Shown piece after piece: positions 34,956 through 47,729 of a DNA stretch of 49,846 nucleotides (within the stretch, counting starts at the first letter, position 1; each line of letters starts with the position of its first letter). Origin of the DNA: Girardia tigrina. Taxonomy: Eukaryota. A program made the translations under genes and the position numbers. The stretch spans positions 11,579 to 61,424 of the forward strand of contig MQRK01229401.1 of assembly GCA_001938485.1 (NCBI GenBank), in the 5' to 3' direction. Under the pieces are notes generated by a model. The model made no database searches and was not told where the DNA came from. It saw nothing but the letters and a program-made list of their open reading frames with translations.

Positions 34956-36359
34956 CTAAAAAAATAATTACATTTTTGGTGAAAAATATTTTAATAAATA
35001 GATTCTGAATAGATTCAGAATATAATTTAATTTGTATATTTTTATGCATAAATTACTTCATTTGAAATCTTTCATAAAACAATTATAACATCACCTACAC
35101 GTATACTAAAAAGGTTTAGAAATTAGTACTTGATCTAATAGATTCTTTGACTTCTCTTTAAAATTCGTCTGAAATGTTTGTTTCTTAATAAGAAGATTGC
35201 ATAATTATTACTCGGAATATCAAAGATTTCCTATACAACACACAAAAAGCATTTATATTGGAAACCCACAAACGGGTCTCTCCTGTTTTGTCAAACGGTT
35301 ATAAAGCAGTTCATTTAGGAGGCTTTAATTTGTTGGATATCTGATATTCCAGAATCTGTCGTTTAAACCTAACAACAACAGATAGGAAATGATTTTACTT
35401 ATGGATTTTAATTCCACTGAATTTAGAAGCATGTTAGGTTACTCAAGGTAAAGATAAAAATTTTATTCAAAACCAAAAATGAAGGACAAAAAAACATTTA
35501 TGGTTGTTTTCACAAGTATTACGAAAATATGATCATGTCTTCCTAATTTTGTCATTTCAGGAAATTATGAAATGCTTTTCAAATGTTTTTTGGTTTTAAA
35601 AGCCTTGCATACCAAGTCCCTTACTCAATCAATAAGTGTTTGGTAATAAATATTTTAAGAATAAATATAAGCTCGGCTCACTAAGCCATCTAAAGACCAA
35701 TGAATGAAAAATTAATGAAACCATTCAAAATGTTAACGACAAAGCATAAATAGCTTATAATATTTGGTCTGATCAATCTTTAATCGTATGAAAGTATAAA
35801 AGGTTAGTTGGTTAATATATTGGCTACAAGTTTTCCATTTATGAAGACTGTTTTAAAGTTATAAACTTTGTGAACAAGAGCTCATAGAATAAAGCAGAAT
35901 ATGAATAAGAATTAAATATTCATGTTTTTTAGAGTATTAAGATTCTGATTTTTAAAACTATAAGTTGTACATCAATAATTAATCAATAAAAATCAGATAA
36001 TGTACATACAATGGGAGCGGTTTTAATTGCATAATCCTGAAAATTCATATATAATATCATTTTCCTGGTCAATGTGTTGTAAAAATGATTAAGTTGATGT
36101 GTCTACTTGCAGTATACATTAATCAAGCAACTCAATTATAAAGGGTGCGAAATAACATCATAATTCTACTTTTAGTTTTTTTCTAAGAATTCCAAATATT
36201 GACATTATCATGGACTTCGTTGTATCTCAGCAGAGGGTTTTTTGGTATTCATTATTGACAATTCTTTTCCTGAAATTTTTCTGATCTTAGGGTGATTGAT
36301 TCATCACCAGTTGCAACAAATGATGAGGATTTAATAAACGAAACAACACAGGTTTTCTG

Positions 36360-36959
36360 TCATAAATGGATTTGAAAGTTAAATAAGCAACAGAATCGTG
36401 AAAAGACGATTAGAGAAGATGTCGATATTGATTTTACACCCGCGGTTGTTGAATTATTATCATTTTTAGCAGATGGTGGAAGAATTTGGTTTGTGCTCAA
36501 AAGAATCAAATTAAGAATAGTTCTCAATATCTCACAAACTAATTGACAATGCATACGTTCCATTTTAGTTCCGCAAACGTAATAAATTTCGACCGATTTA
36601 TCAACTCGTATGTCCATATAACGCATCACATCTAACACTGATTTAAAAAGAGCAATTGATCGAGTTATTTCGTCAAGATGTTTTTTATTTGCTTTTAATT
36701 CAGCAATATAACAATTATAACATTTTGGAATTAATTCAACATTATTTTTGGAATTTTTATTCAATTCCGAAAATTGATCAATACGCTCCGCCGATTTCAA
36801 ACGACTGATTTCGTCTGTTAAAAGAATTTCATCGATATTCAATGATTTATGTTCCGCGTATTTGATCATTTCGACAAATACATATGCATATGACGTTAAA
36901 TTAGTTTCTCCGCGTAAGTTTGCCAAATTCCTTTCAAAAGGTTGCCAAGATTTTGCCAT
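36360..36959 (-). CDS. 199-aa chimeric ORF: TRAPPC5/Trs31-like N-terminal ~45 aa fused to unrelated sequence; may be a non-functional chimera
   Basis: FERNLANLRGETNLTSYAYVFVEMIKYAEHKSLNIDEI resembles the TRAPPC5 N-terminus (LERALARPRTEVSLSAFALLFSELVQ, from memory); similarity stops at an acceptor-like TTCTTTTAACAG. Confidence 0.45.
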   Translation of the reverse strand: MAKSWQPFERNLANLRGETNLTSYAYVFVEMIKYAEHKSLNIDEILLTDEISRLKSAERIDQFSELNKNSKNNVELIPKCYNCYIAELKANKKHLDEITRSIALFKSVLDVMRYMDIRVDKSVEIYYVCGTKMERMHCQLVCEILRTILNLILLSTNQILPPSAKNDNNSTTAGVKSISTSSLIVFSRFCCLFNFQIHL

Positions 36960-37346
36960 TTAAAATTTGATTATAATTAAATGGAATAATTCAAAATCAA
37001 AAGGCAATTTAAACTTTTTCCAAACTTTATTTATCTTAAATTAATCGATTTAATTGTAATTTGTAATTATTTTCAAAAATTGTTTTATGATACAGTTTTG
37101 TTACAAAAATAATATTCACACAGAAAACATTACACACACGCATGTACGAATCAGAATTAACAAAAACATACATATCACACTTTATTAACAATCTCACCCC
37201 TCACACACCAAAAACACATTCAATGCAAATATTGATGTGAAATCAATTCAATTGTTTTTAAAAAAAAGATATTTTCCACTTTTTACAAATGATTCAAGTG
37301 CCACAAATTAAAAATTGATTGATTAACAAAGTGCCATTGATAATAA

Positions 37347-37381
<35 letters not shown>

Positions 37382-37559
37382 TTTAATTTATTTGTTTAAA
37401 TTACTTTTAATTATTTTATTTAATTGATATTTTAATTTAATTGCTTTTTTTACATTTATTTTTAACTGAATACTGTATTTAATTTTTTAATTTCTTTTAC
37501 TTATTTCATTTAATTTTACTTAATTTTATTTATCTAATATTTTAATTTAAATTGGACTC

Positions 37560-38380
37560 AAGTAAGGGTAATCACAACGCGAACAGACTTGACTGCTATA
37601 CAGCGTACGCAGAAAGTTACTTTGGTTACCCACACATCCCAAACACAAGTGGAAATTGCTGCAAATGTAGGGTTCTCCCAATTTGCAGTGCCCTGTCTGC
37701 TTAAACAACATCAACAGACTGGGAGCATTGCAATTCAGAAGAAAGGTCAGTGTGGAAGAAAGAAGCTCATTGGAGAGCAAATTTCAAATCGCATCATCAT
37801 ACACAGCAAGATGGATCAGAAAATGACATCAGTGGAAATGAAAGAAAGAATTGGCGAGCCTGCATCAAATGTGTCAGCACATCGAATCAGAGAGCATTTA
37901 TAACATGCAGGAAATTGTTAGCAATAAAACTTTTTCATCTAGACTGTCTTCTCTCAATTGTAAAACATGGTGTGGATTATGAGATGATCTGTTGTGTGAC
38001 TTCTTGGATATCCACAGACCAATAATTTGTATTTATGGAAGAATCAACATTTTAAATTCGACTTTTTAAGAGTTTTGGGCGACCAATTTTACCCTATGTT
38101 CCTAGAACACAATTTTTCCAGAATTTCACGAGCAAAATTCTGATGAACTTGAGCATCTCATCTGGACACTTTATTCCCTAGATATCAACATTATTATGCA
38201 GTTATTATCGATTTTAAAAGTTTAAGTAAAACGTTAATTTCCAATGCCATCTTATCTTAAAGGATGTTTTAACTAAAAAAGGGTTAAAATTCATTTTGAA
38301 ATAATTCTCAATTTGTATAGGTCAATATTTCAGAAAATGGAGGCTGTAATTGTCGCAAAAGGTAAACCTACACTAAATTT
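37560..38380 (+). mobile_element. Degenerate Tc1-like transposase remnant
   Basis: HTH with TQVEIAANVGFSQ...TGS...CGRKK; C-terminal MEAVIVAKGKPT at ~38337-38375. Confidence 0.75.
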
Positions 38381-39863
38381 AAATGTATTTTTTATTATTA
38401 TTTTATCCATTCCCTACATTGGAATAATGTAAAATTAATTTTTGTAATTGTGGATAATAATTAAATTATGATTATTTTTTGACTTTTTGATAATTCACTT
38501 ATATAGGTTAGTTTTTATCCAGTCAACTTTGCTGTTTGATTATTTCGCAAAGATGTTGGGAACTCTTTCCAACTAAAAGTATAATTATAAACAAGATCAG
38601 AACCTAAAACGAGAGGTATTGAAGACTTATTGTTGAACATATTCTCAATTTTAAATTATTAGCAACATCATAATTTGAGTGAACACTTTATTTACATCAC
38701 AGAATCATTTTCAATAGAAATATCTGCGGGAAGCTTAGTTCCTGATTAATATGGTTTTTGTATCTAAATTCAAATCTTTGATTTAAATAATGAGATGAAA
38801 ATAATATTAACTTTTAATGTCTCAAAATTTTATTGTATAAAAATGGATTAAGTAAATTTAAAAAAAATAAACATTATTTTTAAAATTATATTAAATTTAG
38901 TAAGTTTGTCAAGAGAACTCACACATTTGATGGAACATTAATTACATTGACAATTTTGATCATCCCTATGACAATCAATAGTATTGCTCACAATTAAATC
39001 CATCACTCAATGTTTAATACCCATCCTTAAAATCTGAACTAACCTGAAGAAAATTATTTTATTTAACTTAAATTTAATTGTCTAAAATAAAATTACTTTT
39101 TGTAATCATTTTTAAACATTAATTGGATTTTAATTATTTAAAAATTTACAAAAATAAAACCGATAAAATTCTTTAAAAGTTACAATAATAAAAATTCAAA
39201 ATTTGAATATTAAATCTAAATTTTGAATAAATTAGTTTCAGAATATAAGAATTAAAATATTAATTATCCATCTGATTAGGAGAGGCCCAAATCGACACAA
39301 CACATTTTAAACATGCAAACACTACACAAAAACATCAACAGACCAAATATTCCTCATAAAGTTAAAATCGTTTTACTAAACAATATTAATAAAATTTATA
39401 ATTAGAAAACTTTTAATTAATTAATATTTAAACATTAAGCTCATTAAATTAATCTCATTAGATTTAAATAATTATTCATTAACATCTCAATCCCATCTGA
39501 ATTGAGAATCACCAATCCAAACAGCATATAAACAAATTCAGAATTTTCTCTCGCATAATTGATCATGAAATAACTTTTAAATTCACATTATTTTGAATTA
39601 CGTTCGTTGGGTTTGTGGTTGTTTTCCGATAAAAACTTTAATTTAATAAACAGCAATAAACATATTTATGAAGAACACAAAAACTCAAAACTCAAAATTG
39701 AGTTCATTAAAAAATATTTACTTTAAAAACAATGATTTTTATAATCAAATGAAACATTTTATCCAATTATTTCATTAGAAAATAAAATTTAAAAATAATT
39801 TTTTACCGTATTATAAATCAAAAAAGAAAATATTATAAAACAAAAAGCAATTAATAATAAACA

Positions 39864-40805
39864 ATGAATTTAATATGGGATGATTTAGAATCTAAATTTG
39901 ATATGACCCCTTACAAATCTTCTATAGGGTTGATCAACAGTTCCGTTAGTTGTTACATGAATTCTGTTATGCAAGCTTTGATTGTTACACTTGAATCAAA
40001 ATTAATCATCAAATTGAGAGTCATGAAAAAGATATTCAAAGTGAAAGAAGAAGCTCCAGCGTGTTATATGATGAACGAATTATTAGATACTTTGAAAGAC
40101 AACAAACCTTCATGGAATTTAAGAAAAGCAATTACCGATATCAAATATTATTCTCCATGTTTTTCTCAATATCAAATGCAAGATGCACAAGAATTCCTTG
40201 TAGGATTATTATCTCGTTTGGAAGAAGAATTCGACCGTTATAAACCGTTCTCGGGCAACAATAATCCCATCAGATTATTATACAAATTCTCTTACGACAA
40301 CCGATACATTTGTGAAGAATGTCATCAAGCAAACAGTGAAACAGTTCAGGAACACGAAGAATTGACGACATTTATACAATTGGATTCGAAAGTCGTGTTT
40401 GAAAAAGAATCAATTGATTGTTTTAATTGTGAACATTGTAAACGAACAACATATGCTACAAAATATTTCAAACTAATTCGAATTCCGAAATATTTAATTT
40501 GTACATTGATGAGATTCGAAACAAATATTAATCTCATGAAGATAGAAAAGAACAGTTCAGCTCATAACATAGAAGAAAGTTTTTCTGTAGAGACGAGTAC
40601 GGGACAATTTCGTCAATTCGATGTTGTTGCAGTCGTTCATCATCGAGGATCGAGGACAACCTCCGGTCATTATATATCACAATGTTTCACAAAATACAGC
40701 CGTTGGATCGAGATGGATGACGAAAAATGTAGTTTGACGGATAAAAAAGCTGTTTTGGAAACACCAAGTAAAACAGCATATATTATGATTTATAAAATGA
40801 AATAA
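39864..40805 (+). CDS. Ubiquitin-specific protease (peptidase C19), 313 aa, intronless, copy B
   Basis: Same Cys, His and Asp boxes; 13 aa differences from copy A (~96% identity). Confidence 0.93.
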   Translation: MNLIWDDLESKFDMTPYKSSIGLINSSVSCYMNSVMQALIVTLESKLIIKLRVMKKIFKVKEEAPACYMMNELLDTLKDNKPSWNLRKAITDIKYYSPCFSQYQMQDAQEFLVGLLSRLEEEFDRYKPFSGNNNPIRLLYKFSYDNRYICEECHQANSETVQEHEELTTFIQLDSKVVFEKESIDCFNCEHCKRTTYATKYFKLIRIPKYLICTLMRFETNINLMKIEKNSSAHNIEESFSVETSTGQFRQFDVVAVVHHRGSRTTSGHYISQCFTKYSRWIEMDDEKCSLTDKKAVLETPSKTAYIMIYKMK

Positions 40806-40973
40806 TGATTCTTAGGAATAACGAAAATACTAAATTTATATTGAAAAACAATATTATAGAGAAATGCAGTTCACCGTGCAATTTCCCTCTACTTTGTGTT
40901 TGTCATCAATCACCAACAGTCGTAACTTGAACTGTAACTTCTAATGTTAGAAAAAATCTCTATGAATAATTTT

Positions 40974-41372
40974 AACATACATTAAAAGGACACTCACAGA
41001 TATTCAATGAAAATCTTGTGGAATAAATTAATAAAAAATATAAAAGTTTTTTAATGTCCTTGTAATTGCAGTCATACCTTACAAAAGTTAATAATCATTT
41101 GCATTATTCCTCACATTTGTTTAATTTTCAACACTACTTTTATATAAAAATTTATTACTTTTTTTATAATAACATACATTAAAAGGACACTCACAGATTT
41201 TCAATGAGAATCTTGTGGAATAAATTAATAAAAAATATAAAAGTTTTTTAATGTCCTTGTAATTGCAGTCATACCTTACAAAAGTTAATAATCATTTGCA
41301 TTATTCCTCACATTTATTTAATTTTCAACACTACTTTTATATAAAAATTTATTACTTTTTTTATAATAACAT
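40974..41372 (+). repeat. Two tandem copies of a ~197-bp unit downstream of USP copy B
   Basis: AACATACATTAAAAGGACACTCACAGA at 40974 and 41171; single copy in cassette A. Confidence 0.9.
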
Positions 41373-41888
41373 ATTTTATAATAACACAATTTATTCCACG
41401 ATAATATTTAATAAATACCATTGTAATACTTGAATTGAAAATCACAAATACTTTTTTAGAGTTATTTTAATATTTTTATAATATAGTAAATATAAATTAT
41501 TAGTAAAAGATACTTCTTATTTTGAATTGCTTTAGATTTGGAGTTAACAGTTAATTTTGATAAAAATAAATAAAATTTAGTATTTGTGACCATCTTACAC
41601 AGGACTACTTTTTAAAAATGACCGGTCAAAATAGTACATTATAAATAGTAAAATTAACTTCACAAAATAATTCAATTTCACTATCAAAATAAATAGATCC
41701 TCAATTGAAAAGTATAAAGTAAATTTTGTGATGAATAAAAAGACACTTAATTTTAAAATATGTTATTTGAATGTACTCGAAAACGAAAATTTTAGCAACT
41801 TTTGGATTTTGTGAGGCAAACTTTGTTTTGAAACAAATATACTTTTTTAGTTGTTCAATTCTGTTTATATTTTTTCTAATAACAAGCT

Positions 41889-42395
41889 ATGTCTTCGAAA
41901 TAATGTCGATGAAGTTTTTCTAGGCAGGAAATTTATATTAATTAAGGCAGGAAAAGTACGAGTTGATGGCGCGTCATCAGAAGTTTTATAATGAGAAGCC
42001 ATATTGCCGCTCTTTTTGACAAAAGGAGAATTTGTGGTATACGATGGTTTAGCGGACGAAGAAAAGATGAATTATAAAACGTTAAAATGCGAACCACTGG
42101 ATGTGTACGCGGTAGATATTAAGAGGTTAGTTCATTTAATTGATGCCAAGACAAGCTACATGTGGATGTAAATCGCTGTTATCCGGCGGTTATCGAACTC
42201 TATCTAGCGGTAAATAAAATCAGCGTGAGTGAAACACGACCTGAAACTGTGAAATATTACTTTTATGATGCGGGCGATGGTCAAACCAGATGTATACATG
42301 AGTGGACTGACTCAAAAACGACAGTCATGCAGTGGCTCGGGAAATTCATGGTGATTTCTACCCCATGGTTCGATTCAACAATCAAATACCGGTAG
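41889..42395 (+). pseudogene. Disrupted ORF of unknown function, second gene of the USP cassette (truncated in copy A at 22443-22590)
   Basis: Reading NVDEVFLGRKFILIKAGKVRVDG...EAILPLFLTKGEFVVYDGLADEEKMNYKTLKCEPLDVYAVD..., then frameshift to ...DVNRCYPAVIELY...WFDSTIKYR*. Confidence 0.45.
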
Positions 42396-42639
42396 AATTA
42401 TTGAACCAGTAAAAAATATTAAAATTTTAAAAAATACGAAAAATAAACCATATAAATATTTAAATTAAAAAAATAGGTTTTTTTAAAATTCTATATTTCA
42501 AAAAATAAAATTCATTTTTTTCATAATTGAAAAATATTTTATGAAATATAAATAATTTATTATTTTATTAATCTTTTTAATAATTTTAGAAATGTGAGGA
42601 AACAAAAATATTTTAACATATTTTGTAAAAACAAAATAC

Positions 42640-42718
42640 CTCGTATATCTGCACCGACCGATCGATTCGTTATCATCAATGCAACAGCAAAGCAAAGAAG
42701 AGTAAAAAGCAGCTTCAT
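42640..42718 (-). CDS. Neuropeptide precursor, exon 1 (signal peptide)
   Basis: MKLLFTLLCFAVALMITNRSVGA-DIR plus G, donor GTATTT at 42639; phase 1 matches exon 2 (G|AT = Asp); acceptor TTACAG 5 nt upstream of the ATG. Confidence 0.78.
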
Positions 42719-45331
42719 TTTTCCTGTAATGTAAAACTATCTTAAATATTGATAGAGCATTTCCTGTTTCATTATCAATATCTGTAATTTAATTTTCTTA
42801 TTTTTTTAAATAATTTTTATCAGTATCGAATGCCAGATTTAATTAATTAATATTAAATAATTATTCATCATTTCATTATTTTTTAAGTTTATTTTACAGA
42901 AAACTGACACTCGAACAAATAAAGAGTCAATTGTCGTATTAATGATAGATTGCTTAAATGTTTCGAGCAAACTGCTGAGAAAAATAAATAATCAGACTCG
43001 TTTATGAGTATTTATTTTTTGGTTAAAAAATAAAAAAACAATTTGTATGTTTTTAGTCTATTAATTATTCTTTTTAAAATTTTCTCTATATCCCAAACAT
43101 CATTTTGAAAAATCAAAATTCCAGCATTCTTTTTCGGTAAAAGAGTACACGTTTTTGCAAGTCTTAGTGAAGTAAAAAGAAAATTTTGTTTGTGTTTTTT
43201 TAATTTGAACAACAATAAAATATAAAATATAATATGATAATATTATAACAATATATAAAAAATTATAAAATTAAATCATATTTTAATAAATATTATATTA
43301 TATTATATTATGTTATATTACATTATATTATAATAATTAAATAACAATTGTTTAAAATATGAAATTATAATGTTTTGTAAGTATTTTCGGATCAAATAAA
43401 TATTTATGAATTAAAAGAAAGAAAATCATAATTTTAAATTACCTTTTTAAATTATAAATAAATCATTTTAATGATTATTTAATATTTATATTATATAAAT
43501 AACATAATATAATCGAGTTACAACAAAATGATATTATAATATCATAAAAATAAATATAAATAATACGTACAATTTATCGAAAGTAAAACTTTTTGTTAAA
43601 AATTAAACTTGTTTAAAAAATTGACAAACTAAAATATATTATTTTATTAAATTAATATCATTATTTAACGATAATTACAAATAATTTTATATTTTCTTTG
43701 TATTCAATTAGTTAATTTTTGTTATTCTTAGTAAAAAATAAATTTAATTATTTGTCACAATCGTTAAAAAATGAAACTAAATAAGAACAAAATATTATTT
43801 TAAAATATTAATTTTTGTAATTTTTATTAAAAAATTTTCCGAAAAATGTTATTTTTTTGAAATTCAAATTTGAAGATAAAACTTACAATTAAATTTTCAG
43901 ATTTCTAAAAAGTTAATTTGAAAATGTTAAATTCATTAATTTATAACGGCGGTCTCTCACGTCATTGGTTGAATAATTAACTTAAATTTAAATTTTCCCG
44001 TTTTATGATTGGTTAATTGTGTCAATTATTAATCATATTTTTCTATCTTTAATTAATAAAAACTTTCCGTCCTTTTTAAATTTATATAAATAATTATATA
44101 TTATCATTTAAAATATATAATTAGTATTTGTATTGGGTAATAAATATAAATAATAATATTTGTGTAATTTTTAATCAAATTTCAAAATGATAAATAAATA
44201 AATATTTTTATATTAAAAATCTAATAATTTAAAATATTTATTACTGAATCAATATTGTTCGATGTACTCAATACAGTAAATATGTTATAATTATTAATAG
44301 GAAACACATTAAATATTAATTATAAATTTCAATTCATAAAATCATTTGTGATAAATGTGATTTTAAAGCATGAAGATTATATTATTTCAAATTTAAGAAA
44401 TATTAAAATATATAAAAATAAATATTAAATATATATTATTAGATTTTTTCAACAATTTAACAATATTTTTTAAACAAACCAATTGTGATTGTTGTTGTTC
44501 ATCTTTAGCTTTGATTACTTCAAGAGTCTTTCTTCAACTATTCCGGAAGTTTAGGACGCGTTTGATTTAGGATCGTTGTAAAACTATGGAAAGAGTAAAA
44601 TATAACTTGTAATAAACCTTAATTAAATTATTAGTTCATCACGGTAAAAAAAATTTTATTTCGTTTTGTTAAAAAAAATTAATTTGAGATTTACCAAAAT
44701 TTTAACAAAATTTTATAATTTATTTTTGAATTTCATAAATTATTCTTTTTAGAAAAAATAAAAGTTATTTTTTTTTAAATTTTGATAATACATAATAATT
44801 TCAAAAAGGTGAGAGAAAAAATACAAAAAAATCATGAATTATTTATTTTTTAAAGAATATTTATAAGATTTGCTTTTTTAAGTCCCTTTTGTCTAATTTA
44901 AAAAGAATTTATAAAATAATGAAATTTATATTTCTAAAAATCATATTTAATATTTTTATTTATTTGCACTTTTTTCGAGACTAATTTTTCACAAAACATT
45001 CATGTATAAAATTAAAATAAATTTTCAATCTTATATTATTTTTGTTTTTGTTATATTTTTTATTCTTCTATTTGCTCTTTTATCATTTTGTTTTTTGAGA
45101 CAATTTTTAAATTAAATTATAATAATACTATAATATTGTATATTATATTATTAATTTATATTATTAATTATATTATATTGATAAAATATTAAACATATTA
45201 TTTTTAAAATTAATTTAAAATTAAGAATAATAATCATTTAAATGTTAATAATACATTTGAAATGAAATTTATAAGAACTAATATTACTTGACTGTTATAA
45301 ATTATTATTTTATTATTAGATTAAATGATAT

Positions 45332-45560
45332 TTATTCTGTTAATTTATAAATCAAAATATATGCTGTTTTACTTGATGTTTCTAATACCCATGTTTTATC
45401 CGTCAAACTACAATTTTCGTCATCCATCTCGATCCAACGGCTGTATTTTGTGAAACATTGTGATATATAATGACCGGAGGTTGTCCGCGATCCTCCATGA
45501 TGAACGACTGCAACAACATCGAATTGACGAAATTGTCCCGTACTCGTCTCTACAGAAAAG
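45332..45560 (-). pseudogene. Third USP copy, C-terminal fragment only (His box, no Cys box)
   Basis: FSVETSTGQFRQFDVVAVVHHGGSRTTSGHYISQCFTKYSRWIEMDDENCSL...; shares F240, G247 and S263 with copy B. Confidence 0.88.
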
Positions 45561-47729
45561 TATACCTGAAATTGATTTTTGTTGAAAAATGGGTACCTAT
45601 TAAATGCTTTATTTAAACATTTTAAAATTTTATTAAACAATTATAATTTTTATTATAAGATATTTCACTCAAAATTTTCAATCGAAAAGCTTTTCAAATT
45701 TGGAAAAAGGAAACACTAGCTAGTAAACTTTGTAATGAAATACTAATATATTCTTTTCCAAACATTTCCGTTATATACATATTTTTAATTGAAATAATTT
45801 TGATGTTTACAAATTTGATAATTAATGAATTTTTACGCAATAAATGTAAATTATATCTGAGCTAAGTTATAGAAAACCTGGAAATGGAGTTGGTTTGTAC
45901 TTATAGAATTTTTATGTTATTTTAGTCAAAAAAGTTAATTTATTAAAAAAGGAATTCGTGTTTTATTTTTTATTTAATACATATTAAATCCGCAAAATGT
46001 TGTATCTCTCAATAAACATTGAAAGATTTAAAACGTGTGACGATGAAAAGTGTAGAAATATGAAAATTGGAAACATACATAAATATCAGTAAAGGTTCGA
46101 AAATTCTCGAGGGCAAACATTAGAAATGAAGAAATCCGATGAAGTTTACTGTAATTATTATAAAGGAGTTCAGATGACGAAATAAAAAAAAGATTTTATT
46201 CTTTAAATAAAATAGTTATAATTATCAACAATCTTATGACGAAAGGACAAACGAAGAGTAATAGTAATATCACAATGCAAGGGAAAGAGATCGAGAAGAA
46301 CAACAAAATAAAAGAACTATAATACGTTAATATAGATATTATTCCAAAAATACTGCATAAATAAATGAATTAATGAATGAAGGGAAAGAAGGGAATGTTG
46401 ATTGAATTTGAACTGGAATGATTGGAAACTTAGATATTGAATAAGAGAGTGCGCGACACAAATAAATTCGAATGAATTTTTACAACTATCTTTTTTGCTT
46501 AATTAAATTATCTAAACTGTCATTAAAACTGGATTTCGATAATTTGGTTTCATTTGTTGAATTGACTTTGAGTTTTTGTGTTCTTATTGAAAATTGAGAC
46601 AATTCAATATTGCAAGAAGCTTTAATTATTCGACCAAAATATACCCGCAAAACAAAGTTTTTTAATAGAAGCAAGGTTAGAAACTCGACACTCATCCAGC
46701 CAGTAGTCGTCATCAAGCCGAATCGTTCTATGGATTCGACAATAAAAAAGACACCATTCATTTGCCATTTAAAGTTAATTTTGAATCAAATTCTTGATGT
46801 TTATGCTACATTCTTCATTAGCCAATTTTTCATGAATGATTTTTCAAAGGTATATTCTAGAACTGCCAAAAAAACATCGATTTTAACAGTGTCCATTGAT
46901 TTTTCGATTTAAAAATTTATTTAGACCGGTACTGCATTTTCAAGATGATAAACGTAAAACAGAAGAGGCATCTATTTTGTTTGATGAAGAACATTGTGAA
47001 GGTTCAAGTGAGATTTTGATGGAAAATCTGTGGTCTATCTAAATGTGTCTATCTATTTAGTCGTGCCAATGAAGAAAATAAATATTCTCTAAAACAGATA
47101 TTGCAGAATCAGAGGATTTACTAAAAGTCAGATGTCAGATTAAGAAGTTTAGTATAAATGTTTTAGAATTAGTGATAGTACTAGATTAAGTGAGCTGAAG
47201 TACAATCGAACTGTGAATATAAGGATCATTAAACGGTAAATTTAGCATTATTTTATCACAGTCTGGCGAAGATTGTTTTGGGAAAATGCTGTATATGGTC
47301 ATTAGGAAATCTTTTGATGGCATAGATGCGAAGACTAAATTCGGAATTAGGTGAAAGAATTAATGCTAATTTAAACTGAAAAGTTAGACTGACAAAGCTA
47401 TAATCAAGGCTGAATAAATTAAAATTTAATATATTTTTTATGAAATTAATAACAAACATTAATAAAGGATTGAAACAGAAGTATAAAGAGATTCATATTT
47501 TACAGAAATTCAATGTTAAAGCTTTTGGTATATATTCCCCATTTAAAATACTTTCTGGGCCAAAACGTTTTAAATTCTCTGAACTCAATTAAAGAATTAT
47601 TAGGAGAGAATAACATATGAATGTTACGGTTCAAAGAAGAAAAAGTTAGCAAAAACACACCCAAATTAGCAAAAAACACAGATTCGATAAAATACATATA
47701 TTCAAAAACATAAAGAAAAAAAAATGTAT

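Larger units (their letters stand above)
39271..42400 (+). other. USP cassette copy B, antisense within the neuropeptide intron
   Basis: Inverted near-identity to 22443-25385; lacks the Helitron and has an extra 197-bp tandem duplication. Confidence 0.88.

Noticed and set aside
39270-39290. A|TC at the USP cassette boundary as a Helitron 5' end
   Set aside because: No 3' hairpin or CTRR found at the other end of either copy, and similarity between copy B and the 29.4-kb relative seems to continue past this point
46930-47700. Possible decayed LINE endonuclease on the minus strand, and nearby ORFs at 46486-46912
   Set aside because: Only faint motif echoes; cannot be supported without a profile search
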